From: Vicugna vicugna
Lineage: Eukaryota
NCBI GenBank assembly: GCA_013265495.1
Contig: MU061750.1
Span: forward strand, 403,216-467,215
Length of the DNA stretch: 64,000 nucleotides
Direction of reading: 5' to 3'
Position 1 is the first letter of the stretch; every line of letters begins with the position of its first letter. Positions 1-11,700 of the stretch are shown here, piece by piece. Both the position numbers and the translations under genes were made by a program. The notes below the pieces were generated by a model that had not been told where the DNA came from, made no database searches, and saw only the letters and a program-made list of their open reading frames with translations.

Positions 1-1619
1 ATTGAAAGTAGAATGCAGAGTATTCGTTACTTTCAAAAAATCTAGCTTATATGTGGAATAATATTAAGGATATTCACGTTGCTTTCTTATCCTAGAAAAA
101 GACATTAGGGACTGGCATGCTAGTGTATCTTAAATTCAAAACCTTTAAGATTTTTAAAGGGACGTTTGAGTTCACTGGTAAAATAAATTAGCTGAACTCT
201 ATATTGAAGAAATAAAATCTGTTTGTTTATTTCAGGCAAGACATGTTGCCAACAGCTGTGGTGAGATGTGACGTGATCTTCTCAATGAACAATCTAAGAG
301 CCAATGAGTAAGCTAAAATAATAGAATCCGCTTGTCTGGAGTCAGTGTGTTGACAAGGAAACAAAAGGGAACTGTAGGGTAAACACAGGGCAAGAGTGTA
401 CAAAGAGAGTAGTTAAAAATAATACAAACGCTATGCAGGAGAACTCCTGTAACATAACAAAGTTAAGTGCTTTTCCCGTTAAATCTTTGGTTTTCTATAT
501 GGAGACACTAAACCTGGTTTTCATTGTTTAAAATCAACTCCAAAAGACTGTCCTTAAATCACCTTGAAAGTGTTTCCGAAAGTTGTTAATGCAAGATTTT
601 TTCAAGGTAGCTTCCAAGTTCTGACCCATCTATTGGCTTCCAATAAAGCAGTCTGAAACCTTCCTTGAAGCAACTTTATGATCGGTATTATTGCATTTCC
701 AGAGTAGTTTGCCCTTGCTAGGAGTGGTGCAGCTTTATATTTGATAAATCGTAGAAAGAAGATTCTTTGCCAAGACTGGCAACAAAGAAATTTCCTAGGG
801 TGGAGCACTGTTGTGTGTGAGTTTTCTAACCACATTAGACAGTGGTGTAAGGAAAACACATGTGCTCTTTGTTTTTTAATCTGGAACTAGTGCTTGTTAA
901 CTTTCTGCTATTATTCACTTTAAATATAGGTTTATCTTGTTATCACCATCTGTTTTACCTAGGATGTGTAAGGTATATATAAATACAGGAGATAACCTAT
1001 GGTCTTACAGGAAATAAATTTGCCTCTAAAAACAGTTAAGCCTTTGTCTTCTAATCTTCAGTGCTTCTGTAATTGCAACACCACGGTGAGATAGGCACAC
1101 GACGGTGGATGGTTTTTAATTTCCTGAGGGAATATTTCTCACGGTGCCAAGGAGAATGAAGGCGTGATTTTTTTAAAGGCAGGAATTTTTGAATAGCTTT
1201 TTCTTCTTTTCATTTTTTATTGTTGAAAACCGGAGCTCTTTTAATTTGATAATTAGAACAAAGACATCAGTTTTAAGTGTGAATGCTAGTCCAACATAAA
1301 CGAGGTGACAAGATAGGCACTTATTGTTTCAAATGATCTTAATGATAAGCTGTCCTTCTTTGTATGTATCCATATCCATATGCATATGTATTTATGTTAG
1401 CCCTTTGTCCATAGGATATTAGCATTTACTTCGCCTCTTATATGTCTCTTCCCACTCCTTTGATTTCCAACCAGGATCCTTTTTACTTTGTTATCCCACC
1501 TACTTCCTTTATTCTGGGTCTCCCAGGAATGGGGTTGAATTCAGTTCTTATCGTACATTTTGGTTTTCAGTGACAGAGGCACAGTTGAGATCTGGAGGCA
1601 GAACAAGCGGTGACCAGTG

Positions 1620-1720
1620 ATCCGTGTGCTGCTAGTTGAGCGTGACCTTGGTCAAGTTGTCTAATGTCTTTTAACCTTAGTTCCCTAAGCTATAAATGTG
1701 GATAATGCATTTCTCTGCTT
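1620..1720 (+). mobile_element. MIR SINE fragment
   Basis: gtgaccttggtcaagttgtctaat...ttagttccctaagctataaatgtggataat resembles the MIR core. Confidence 0.55.
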
Positions 1721-2114
1721 AAATCATTGGGCTCAGGGTACTTGTTGTATGGCAAGAAAGCAGGAGTCAGCATTTAGAAGACTATAAAGCATTTTGTACA
1801 CGTGGGGTGGCTGCACTTCTGTGATGGTGACAATAAGCTATCCCAGAGCCTATTGCAAAAGCTGTTGAGATCACTGCCTTCCATGTGGGAAACAAGAGAG
1901 AATGGCAAGGATTAAGTCATTCAAAGGTAGTATTTTTCAAACTTTAGATTGCTATGTGCTAAGGTTGTGAAATTAGCTGCTACTAGCATTTTAAAAAATA
2001 AGATAAAATAGAAATGTTGGAATATGATAGGAAATATCAGTGTTTATACCTCACAAGTAAGAGAAAGTACCCATAGGTAAGGGTAAGTATTGCTTCATAA
2101 AACTTTTGTATCAT

Positions 2115-2169
2115 TGTGCATGTGTGTGTGTATGTGTGTGCATGCATGTGTGTCTGCGTGCACGTGTGT
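2115..2169. repeat. Degenerate (TG)n / purine-pyrimidine tract
   Basis: tgtgcatgtgtgtgtgtatgtgtgtgcatgcatgtgtgtctgcgtgcacgtgtgt. Confidence 0.85.
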
Positions 2170-2198
2170 ACAAATGCTGGGTTGTGGTGCAATACATA

Positions 2199-2545
2199 TG
2201 TTATAGACTGAGTGTCTGTCCACCCTGCTCCCACAGGTCATGTGCTGAAGCCCTAGTCAGCAGAGTGATGATATAGGAGGTGGGGCTTTGGGGAGTACAT
2301 TAGGTCATGAAGGTGGAGCCCTCGTGAATAGGTATTAGTCCCTTTATAAAAAGAGGCATGAAAGAGATGATCTCTCTTAGACCTGTGAGGACACAGTGAA
2401 AAGGCAGCTGTCTACAAGCCAGGAAGTTGGGTTCTCTGAATCTGCTGTCAGCTTGAACTTGGACTTCCTAGCCAAGAGATAAATGTCCATTGTCAAAACC
2501 GCCCAGTCTGTGGTATTTGTTATAAAAAGTTGAGAGATCAAGACA
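2199..2545 (+). mobile_element. MaLR solo LTR, MLT1A/MLT1A0-like
   Basis: Starts tgttatagactg and ends aagaca. Contains ggaggtggggc, gtgaggacacag, caagccaggaag, ttggacttcc and cccagtctgtggtatttgtt in MLT1A order. Confidence 0.9.
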
Positions 2546-2809
2546 ATGTATATGTTATCAGTGAGTCACAGTCAAACAGTTTTGGAAGCCAGCACTCTAG
2601 GATATGACATATTGGGGTCATCTGTTGAGTCTTCCCCTCCCCATCTCCCCCAGTCTTTCATATGTCTTGTTCTTTCCTTTAGCTTAACCGTGAAAGAAGG
2701 ACATAGCGATAGCATACGAGGATTAGCTGATTCCTTTAGGATAATTCCCTGCCTCCATGTCAGTCTCATGTTATCCCAGGGTGGCATGGGACTATGGAAA
2801 AGGAATTGG

Positions 2810-2940
2810 TCTAGAAGTCAGAAGACCGAGACCTAAAGTGACTCCATTTATTTTTGCCTCTTGGACCTTAGGAAAGTTCTGTGACAATTCTGGCTCTCAT
2901 CTCTTATTCCTTAAGTTGGGTATTAATTCATGGGACACAT
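2810..2940 (+). mobile_element. MIR fragment
   Basis: gaccttaggaaagtt...ctcatctcttattccttaagttgggtattaat, a degraded MIR core. Confidence 0.45.
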
Positions 2941-3349
2941 GATTATTAAGCCTGTAGAGCCAGGAATATGGCAGTAATCATGGCCGTCACTCTCAGTGAA
3001 CTTAAGTGTCTAATTTATTAAGGCTGTTTTGAAAATCAAATTAGATAAAATTCACAAAGTAGCTTAAAACTTCATTGTTAGATGTCATATATGACAACCT
3101 TGCTTCTTAAAATATAGTGAAGATAAGCTGGAGTCACTATTTCTGTGATCCCAGGAAACTAAAAAATTTCCCCATTATTACACATGCACACTCTTATATC
3201 CCCCCGTGGTCAAACCAAGACCTCCGTGAACTCCATATTCTTTCCTAACAACCGCACCATCTCTCTGCTCTAATTGATAGCAAAACTCCCACTTTTACAC
3301 GCGTGATTTTTCCTTCCTTGACCAACACCTAGTTTAGTAGGACATTTTT

Positions 3350-3890
3350 AAGGATTTCTTAACTAATATTGTGTTGATTACTGACTTTTTAATTTAATTA
3401 CATTGAGATAAATGGAATCGTTTGAGGCTTGCTGTAATTATGGGCTGACACATGGTCAATCTTTGCAAATGTACCCTTTGTGCCTGAAAAGAATGTACAC
3501 CTCCAATTGTTGGATTGAATAGTCTATGTATGTTCATTAGATCAAACTTACTAGCTTTACTGTTCAAATTTTATGTAACCTTACTGATTTTTTCCTCCCT
3601 GTTTGATCTATCAATTCCTGGGAAAGATGTGCTGAAATGTCCTGCTATGAAGGTAGATTTTTTTTTCTTCTAGTTTTGTTGATTTTGAGGCTACATTTAA
3701 AAATCTTTTTGGCATATTAAATATTTTTTTATTATAAACCACAACTTTTATCTATGATAATTATCCTTAAAGATTATTAAGACTAAATATTAATGTAGCT
3801 ACACTACTTTCTTTTATTATTTCCTGTTATCTTTTTATATCACTTGACTTTATACCTATCTGTGCACTTATGTTTTATTCCTTCTAACAC
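3350..3890 (-). mobile_element. Old L1M, ORF2 endonuclease-region remnant
   Basis: atggtcaatctttgcaaatgtaccctttgtgcctgaaaagaatgta...ttcattagatcaa...tttgatctatcaatt is antisense L1 ORF2 5' region. Confidence 0.75.
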
Positions 3891-4070
3891 TACTTTATTG
3901 AGTAGAGTTCCATGCAGTAAAATGAAATATGACTTGCGAGAGTTTGATGACTTTTAATTTACATATGAACTCATATAATCCCACATAGCTCAAGATATAG
4001 AATATTTGCCCCACTACCCCTCTGGTTAAATAACTACTGTTTTCTGACTTTCATCACCATAGTTTTGTTT
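3890..4070 (-). mobile_element. Old L1 (L1MC/ME-type) 3' end fragment; contains the left TSD copy
   Basis: tttattgagtagagttccatgcagtaaaatg...tcaagatatagaatattt...ttctgactttcatcaccatagttttg is a typical antisense L1M 3' UTR. Confidence 0.55.
3940..4070 (+). repeat. Left copy of a ~130-bp direct repeat (TSD) flanking the young L1
   Basis: Hand alignment to 5639-5766 gives 9 substitutions and one 3-nt indel (119/128 identical). Confidence 0.95.
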
Positions 4071-4381
4071 ATTATTTTTCTTTTTAACATTTTTTATTGA
4101 GTTATAGTCACTTTACAATGTTGTGTCCAATTCCAGTGTAGAGCACAATTTTTCAGTTATACATGAACATATATATATATTCATTGTCACATTTTTTCCC
4201 TGTGAGCTACAATAAAATCTTGTATATATTTCCCTGTGCTATACAGTATAATCTTGTTTATCTATTCTGCATTTTAAAATCCCAGTCTGTCCCTTCCCAT
4301 CCCCCACCCCCTCGGCAACCACAAGTTTGTATTCTATGTCTATGAGTCTGTTCCTGTTTTGTACTTATGTTTTGTTTTTTT

Positions 4382-4798
4382 TTAGATTCCACATACGAGC
4401 GATCTCATATGGTGTTTTTCTTTCTCTTTCTGGCTTACTTCACTTAGAATGACATTCTCCAGGAGCATCCATGTTGCTGCAAATGNNNNNNNNNNNNNNN
4501 NNNNNNNNNNNNNNNNNNNNNNNNNNNNNNNNNNNNNNNNNNNNNNNNNNNNNNNNNNNNNNNNNNNNNNNNNNNNNNNNNNNNNNNNNNNNNNNNNNNN
4601 NNNNNNNNNNNNNNNNNNNNNNNNNNNNNNNNNNNNNNNNTACTGAAGTAGGGTTCCTTCTGGATATATGCCCAGGAGCGGGATTCCTGGGTCATATGTT
4701 AAGTCTATTCCTAGTCTTTCGAGGAATCTCCATACTGTTTTCCACAGTGGCTGCACCAAACTGCATTCCCACCAGCAGTGTAGGAGGGTTCCCCTTTC
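4382..4798 (-). pseudogene. L1 ORF2p C-terminal (Cys-rich domain) remnant
   Basis: Translates [25 protein letters not shown]...[12 protein letters not shown]...FAATWMLLENVILSEVSQKEK...CGI*, which is clearly L1 ORF2p. The middle is N-masked. Confidence 0.93.
4486..4640. other. N run (155 nt)
   Basis: Seen directly. Confidence 1.
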
Positions 4799-5638
4799 TT
4801 GTAGGGAGGTTTTTTTATTGCTAATTCGATTTCATTTTTAGTGGTTTGTTCAAGTGGTCAGTGTCTTCTTGGTTCAGTCTTGGTGGACTGTATGTTCCAT
4901 CTCCTCTAGGTTATCCATTTTGGTTCCTTATAGTTTTTCATAATATTCTTGTATGATATTCTGTATGTCCATGTTATTTGTTGTAATTTCTCCATTTTCC
5001 TCTCTTATTTTGCTATTTGTGCTCTTTCTTTTTTCTTCTTTGTGAGTTTGGCCAGAGGTTTGTCGATTTTATTTACTTTTTCAAAAAACCAGCTTTTGGT
5101 TTGATTGATTTTTCTATTGTTTTTAAATCTCTGTTTTATTTATTTCCTCCCTGATCTTTATTATTTCCTTCCTTCTGCTACCTTTTGGGGTTTTTTTCTC
5201 TTTTTTTCTAATTCTTTTAGCTGATGGGTTAGATTGTTTATTTGAGATTGTTCTTCTTTTTTGAGGAAGGCCTGTATTGCTATAAACTTCCCTGTTAGCA
5301 CTGCCTTTGCTGCATCCCATAAATTTTGTGTGGTTGTGTTTTCATTTTCATTTGTCTCAAAGTATTTTTTAATTTCAACTTTGATTTCATCATTGACCCA
5401 TTGGTTTTTTAATAGTATGCTGTTTAACCTCCATGCTTTCCATTTTTTTCTCCTTTTTTTCTCTGTAGTTGATTCCTAGTTTCACGGCATTGTGGTCAGT
5501 AAAGATGCTCAAGATAATTTCTATCTTCTTAAAATTGTTGAGGCTTCTTTTGTGATCAATCCTAGTACATGATCAAGTACTTGATCAATCCTAGAAAATG
5601 TTCCACGTGCACTTGAAAAGAACGTATATCCTATTTTG

Positions 5639-5766
5639 GAGTTTGATGACTTTTAATTTACAAACGAACTCATATAATCCCACATAGCTCAAGATATAGA
5701 ACATTTGCACCACTACCTCTCCCGTTAAATAACTATTTTCTGAATTTTATCACCATAGTTTTGTTT
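5639..5766 (+). repeat. Right copy of the ~130-bp direct repeat (TSD)
   Basis: Matches 3940-4070 and ends at an L1 endonuclease-like site, tgttt/aaaa. Confidence 0.95.
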
Positions 5767-5769
5767 AAA

Positions 5770-6050
5770 ATGCTCAGTTGTCATTTAAGAAAATTTCAGG
5801 AAGGAAATAAGTAACAAAATCTCTTATTTACATACTGAATTGTTATTTTTGATGTTCTTCAGTCCTTTATGCAGATTTGACTTTATATCCAGTATCATTT
5901 CCCTTCAGCTTAAAGAACTTCTTTCAGTGCAGGTCTCCTGGCAATGAATTCTCTCAGTTTTCTTTTATCTGAAAAATTTTTTATTTCAACCTCATTTAAA
6001 AAATATGCAATATGTTTATTGAATGGTTTAAAAAACCATTCAGAGTATAA
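5770..6050 (-). mobile_element. Old L1M continuation (ORF1/inter-ORF region)
   Basis: atcatttcccttcagcttaaagaacttcttt...gcaggtctcctggcaatgaattctctcagtttt...tctgaaaa is antisense L1M. Confidence 0.6.
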
Positions 6051-6235
6051 ACAGGAAATGTTCTTCTTCTTCTTTTTTTTTTTTAAGCACTGCCTTTGTG
6101 TTTTGGCAACTCTCTATTTCCCCATGGAATTTTGAGTCCTATAACATCAGGACTAGAGTCCAGATTTCACAACTTCGTCATTAAAATGATCTCACATTTG
6201 GTATTCCAGACCAAGTCCTATTCATCTTCTAAAAA

Positions 6236-6685
6236 GACTTCAGTTTTAAGAACAGTTTTGTATTTTATATTAAAATGAGAGGAAGGTACAGAGATTGCCC
6301 ATATGCCCTCTGCCCCCACATATGCATAGTCTCTCCACTGTCAACGTTAGTCACCAGAATGGTACTACTATTTTTTTTAAATCTAGGATTAACTTACATT
6401 GACACATCATAAATACCCAAAGTCCATATTCACCTATGGGGTCAGTCTTAGTCTTGTACATTCAGTGGGTTTGAACAAATGTATAATGACAGATACCCAT
6501 CATTATGGTGTCCTACAGAATATTTTCCCTGCCTTAAAAATCCTCTGTGCTCTGCCTATTTATCCCTTCCCTCTTCCCCAGCCCCTAGTGAACACTGATA
6601 TTTGTATTGTCTCCAAGCTTTGCCTTTTCCATAATGTAATATAGTTGGAATCATACACCATGTAGCCTTCTCAGACTAGTCACCC
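6236..6685 (-). mobile_element. L1MC1/L1MC2-type 3' end
   Basis: agaggaaggtacagagattgcccatatgccctctgccccc...acattgacacatcat...caaagtccata...aaaatcctctgtgctctgcctattt. Confidence 0.8.
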
Positions 6686-6689
6686 TCAT

Positions 6690-6890
6690 TTTTTAAGGAT
6701 ATTTTTGTGATGAAGTATTCTGAAATGACTGTTTTAGCACTTTAGAGATGTTGTTCTATTATCTTCTGACTTGAGAAGTCAGTGGAAGTACTGATCATTG
6801 TTCTATGATGCATAATATGTCATTTATCTCTGTTTTTCTTTCAAAGTACTTTCTTTATCTTAGTATTAGCTGATAATATTTTGTATCTTG
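6690..6890 (-). mobile_element. Old L1M ORF1-region continuation
   Basis: tttttaaggatattttt...gcactttagagatgttgttctattatcttctgactt...gagaagtcag. Confidence 0.55.
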
Positions 6891-6904
6891 ATTTATTATC
6901 TTTC

Positions 6905-7040
6905 TTACCCACTAGATTCTAACCTCCATGAAAAAGGGAATTTGTGTTTTTGTCCACTTTTTTATCCTCCTTGCCTAGAATAGAGCAAGTACATATGGGT
7001 ATTCAATTAATATATCCTGATTAAATGAAGGAATGAGTGC
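6905..7040 (+). mobile_element. L2 3' end
   Basis: ctagattctaacctccatgaaaaaggg...tgcctagaatag...attcaattaatat...aaatgaaggaatga. Confidence 0.65.
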
Positions 7041-8509
7041 TGGTTACTGCCTCTGGGTGTCTGTTTCCTTTATTATACACTTGGAAAGCTGAGATGAGAA
7101 ACTCAACTCATTGGCTGCAACCAAAAACTCTTCCAGACCACACACTGATAGAAATAATAGACTTTAATTCCCACCTAATCACACACATACACACTGGAAT
7201 GGGGAGAGAGTAAAGAACTTTAAATCACAGAAGTAATTTAAAAGATAACAAATTGATATTAGGGAATTCCATTCTTCAAATATTTAAAAATTCTTAAGAA
7301 AGTCTTTAACTTCTTTTAAGTGTTGAATATTTACTGGCCAATTCTCCCTAAGAATTCCCTGCCTTACCCCCTCTTCCTAATTCCCATACTCCCCTCCATC
7401 GTTTGCAGCATTCCCATCCGTGTTTTCTTCCCTCCAAGCTGTCAATCATCAGGAATCCTCGCACTCTCATAATGTTAACACGTTCTTCACCTCCTTGCAA
7501 AGAGAAATGGTTAACATTTACTTGTGAGGTTCACTGGATCCCCTCAACTCCAGGTTAATACTGATTAGAATATGTTTGCTTATTTGGGTGATAAAATAAT
7601 TATCTTATGTTTTTCATCAAAAAAATCATTGTGTCTTATTTCAAGACTTTTGGGGGTCCAACTAATTTTTCCATTTTACTATGGGACTGAGAATGAGAAT
7701 AAATATCTGCCACTAATTCTTGGAAATGGACTAGGTAATCCCAACATGGAGAAAAAAAATCCTTTGGTTACTGCCAGCATTGACTGTTTTCTCATTAGAT
7801 TAAAGTAGAACATTAAACTCTTAAAGGATTTCCTCAATAGTGAAGAGCAGTCTTTTTCCTTTGCTAGTTTTACGGCAGAACCATCCTATTTTACATGAAC
7901 CCCTTGGCTGCTTAGTTCACGATGTCAATTTTTATTGTATTTATTCAATAATTCAAAAGTAGAGTTCCCCTTCCTCTGTGCTTCCTAAAACATAAATGTG
8001 GGTGATTATTGTGTTTGTGTATGAATGGACTCCGAGCAGACTCTAGAATCTGAGGAAATGACTATTGAGGACATATTGCTGTGTTTTTCTTCTGTTTTTC
8101 ATTCTCCTTTTTCCCTCTTTATTTTCATTCTCCTTTTTCCTCTTCTTCCTTGATATACTTTTGAAGTATTCAAGAGTTGGTGCAAAATTCCTAATTCTAC
8201 CATGGTTAGTGTCAGGGTAAGTCTTTCCAGGTAACTGAATGTCCAAATGTTGCCACGTTGCTAGGTTCTTATTTCCTCTTTTCCCAAATTTTCTTTTCTG
8301 AATTCTCAGAAACCATCCATAGCTTTTAAAACTACTTCTGTCTTGTTCCTTCACAAATCTCATTGTCCTCCCAAAGATGGGCCTCAAAGTGGGTGACCAC
8401 ACAGGTTTTGCTTTTTCTTCCTTCCTCTTTTCATTTTTCCCATCCCCTCAAAGGATGGTTACACTAAGTTTCTGTGTCAGCTGCCTTCTGAATGGGGGGA
8501 TCCTTTGGA

Positions 8510-8720
8510 AGAGCTGCTACATTGGGAATGAGATGATCTGATTTGAATTCCCGGTTCTGCCCCTAATGAGCAGAGTGACCTTGAATGAGCAGCTTAAATT
8601 CCGGGTCACCTTTTCCTCATGTACAAATTGAGAATGCTCACACTTGTCCCTGCTACCTAATGAGGGTCAGATAACATAATGGATGCGAATACACTTGATA
8701 AAATGATTAGGATTGTAGAA
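8510..8720 (+). mobile_element. MIR
   Basis: tttgaattcccggttctgcccc...gtgaccttgaatgagcagcttaa...ttttcctcatgtacaaattgagaat. Confidence 0.65.
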
Positions 8721-11399
8721 TCATAACTGATGACAGAGGAGTCCCGTCAAGCCTGCATATGCATATTTTGGGGTGTGATTTGACTCTACTAACTTTGTTT
8801 AATGCCAAAAACATTCTGTGCAAATGTATTAAGGTTATAGAGGCTAATATTAACAGAGAATAGGACAAATCATGCAAGCAAATGAAAGATTCACAATTCT
8901 CTATCTTTCCCTACGTTTCTTATTTTGAATGCCCAGAGAGCTGTGTAGATTTCATAGACTTTCCTTTTATTCCTTCCATTAATCCAGCATTGAAGTTCCC
9001 ACGATTTAGCATGAATAAAAATTACTGTAGAATGTTGTATATACAAAAATATCTATACTCTACTTTATGGATAATTTGATGGATGAAAAGGGTGATTTTG
9101 ACTATGTAATTTTCACCTTACATGCTGAATTGAGAAATTAGCTCTGCATAATGTTCCGATCATCCCCGTGCTCTAAAGATGGCCAAAGAGGAGAACTTTT
9201 ATATTATGCAGGGAAATCCCTTGAAGAGAACAAATACATTTTTAAAAACCTAGGCTAGCAGGGGGTTTGTAAGGCTGATATATTCAAGGAATGTAACACC
9301 TTATTATCACTTCCATTTTTGTTTTCTGAGCATAGAGGTGTAGTTTTAGAACCCCAGAGAGAATCACTTTTGCATAAGTTAATTTTTTTATCCAAGACCT
9401 GCATTTTAACCACACCTCTTAACTATCCTTACCAGGATGACTCTCAGAGTCCACGTCACAAAAGCCCAAACTCTACCTCCAAAGTCCAAACCAAGTGTTC
9501 TCGCATCAGAAACAAAAAAAACTCCCTTTTTAATTCTTTCATTTTTTTTTCCAAACAGCCCAGCAGGCTTTCTTTGTTTTGTGAGAGTGGGTAGTTCACT
9601 CTTCTCCTGCTTGAAAATTCTGCCACCCATTTCTGTGTTTTCAAAGCAGGTTTTGAAATGAGCAAGAAAAGACAAGCCATGGCTATTTTGGTAGAAAATT
9701 GAGAGTTGTCTGGAGGAGGAGAAGAAAGGATCAAAGCTGTTAAGGAGCTGGATGTGTCCTTCCTTTGCTGAGCCTGATTCTTGGTGACCCCATTTCTCTT
9801 GAGCACCTCACACAAGCCTAATTCACAGGCGACAAGACAAAGCACCACCGTCTACAGCTGGGAATTCTCACTTTCTAAGATCATGTGTGATGGACTTAGA
9901 AGAGTAATTGTCAGAGATAATCTCTGAAGAGAGAGAATGAGAGAGGAAACATATACCTTACAAATGGTTAAGTATTTACTTCTGAAGTTCCTGACTGCTT
10001 TTTTATGCCACGGTACCTCTTTACACGAAAGGTGTGGGATGCTGGCTCTTGCTTCACTTGATATCCCTGACAATAGTTATTTCTGGTTAGAGAGAAAGCA
10101 ATCCATTAGCCTGAACCAGAATGTTCATTTGCAGGAAACCTACCCTACACAGGAGAATCATACGCTCCCTGAGGCAGCCCAGAGAGGGAAGTCTGTCTGT
10201 TGCAGTGACAGTTCCACATTCAGGGGGCTTTGAATCTAGCATCCTGGACTCCCAAGGACAGAGATGATCAACTCTGGGGAAGAAAGGGGAGCAACTGGGC
10301 TGCCTGGTGACCCATTCTGAGAGCCACAGTTTAACAGTTAGCAAGATTTGGGAAGAAAATCCCCAGAGGGAGATTTGAGGATTCTAAGTGGAAAGGGTTA
10401 AGCACAGATAATTTCTAGTTCCTTGCTGTGATCTTTGTCATAGCAAGCCTGAACACATCCGAGCTTTAGTTCCCTGCTAGTAGGATAAAAATAAACTGTT
10501 TAACCTTTTAAATGCTGGTAATTTGGAGGGGTTTGCCATTTTTAGTTCTCTCTAACACATGAGCTTCTGAAAATCTAGGAGGATAGAAATGGCTAACTAA
10601 CTAAATTTGGAACCTTAAAAAGGTCAGAGTAAATCTGGTGCTATCCTGTCTTTTTTTTCCCTTTCCACAGAATGCATGTTACATACTTTAAAATTGTGAA
10701 AAAGATTGTAAAAAGGACAAGCAAAGACAAAACTTGAACTGTGAAATATTGTTGTAGGAGGAGATAAAAAAAGAATAAAGTGTCTCAGGCTGATGATTTT
10801 CAGCAGATCTTGAAATTGGACTTTCTAATCCATTGTTTCTAGTCTGAGACAGTTGTTGAAAGAGGCAGTAGGAATTTCAGAGCATCTTAAGAGTTCCCCC
10901 GTTTCCTAATAATCAGGGAATCATGAATGTTGTGGTCTTCCAGGCCTCCTTCTATTTAACAAAAGTGGGGTTCCTCCCCTTGCCCAACCTTGGTCACTAG
11001 CGGTACCTCCCAAGGATGCTGACTTCTCCAACGGAGTCTTCATATGTGAAGGAAATTGCCAGTAAAAACAAGGGCACTGGGGGAGTGTGCCCTGTGCAAC
11101 CTAAAATCACCAAGAAGTGATTTTTGGGTACAATACCTGCTTTTCTTTGGAGTACACACAAAACATAGAAGACGTGGTTTCTTTCCTGCGGGATTTAGAA
11201 CGTCGTTAAATAGACCAACATGAAGAGATTAACTGGCTGAAAAATCTTCCCTGGCAACAGGAACAAGAGAAAATGGGTTAAAAGGATGCAGGGTAGAGGA
11301 AAGATCGCTGTCGGTGATCTGTGCTGATAGACAGAGGACATGGATGCACCGTCCAGCCTCTGCTCTGATCGCATCCCACCCTCCCCTCCATGTACAGAT

Positions 11400-11700
11400 C
11401 ACTTTCGTTTCCTTGAAACTCCTCGCTAGCTTCTCGTGCTTTGCTTGAGCTCATGTTGTCACAGTTGCTTCGAATGCTTTTCCTCACATTCTGCCTGTTG
11501 AAACTCTACTCCTCAGTCATCTCACTCGGCACGTCTACGCTTGAGCTGATCTGGGTCCAACTTGTGTTGTTGTCACTTGTTTATGTGTCTCTGTTTCACA
11601 CCACACTCTGAGTCTCTTGAAGGTAGGACTGTTCTTTTATTTAACTTTATATCTCATGCAGTTATTAGGGTCCAACACATATTTACTGCAAAAAGTGGAA
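11400..11700 (+). mobile_element. L2 3' fragment
   Basis: cacttgtttatgtgtctctgtttc...ctctgagtctcttgaaggtaggactg, a degraded L2 terminus. Confidence 0.45.

Larger units (their letters stand above)
4071..5638 (-). mobile_element. Camelid-type L1, 5'-truncated and internally deleted
   Basis: T-rich tail, then 3' UTR and ORF2 C-terminus (to ~4799), then an abrupt join to the post-endonuclease ORF2 region (4800-5638). Flanked by the long direct repeat. Confidence 0.95.

Noticed and set aside
236-1085. Two micro-exon-like segments (236-260, 25 nt; 1062-1085, 24 nt), each TTCAG|...G|GTGAGAT
   Set aside because: Weak pyrimidine tracts, unrecognised peptides and no neighbouring exons. Such short matches are common. 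RNA-seq junction reads would be needed to revive them.
7368-7493. 126-nt frame-preserving minus-strand exon candidate
   Set aside because: It has an AAG acceptor, its purine richness comes from a pyrimidine tract on the plus strand, and the peptide is unrecognised.
8043-8402. 119-aa Lys/Arg-rich minus-strand ORF
   Set aside because: The basic tail is simply the translation of a plus-strand polypyrimidine tract with a short direct repeat. No homology recognised.
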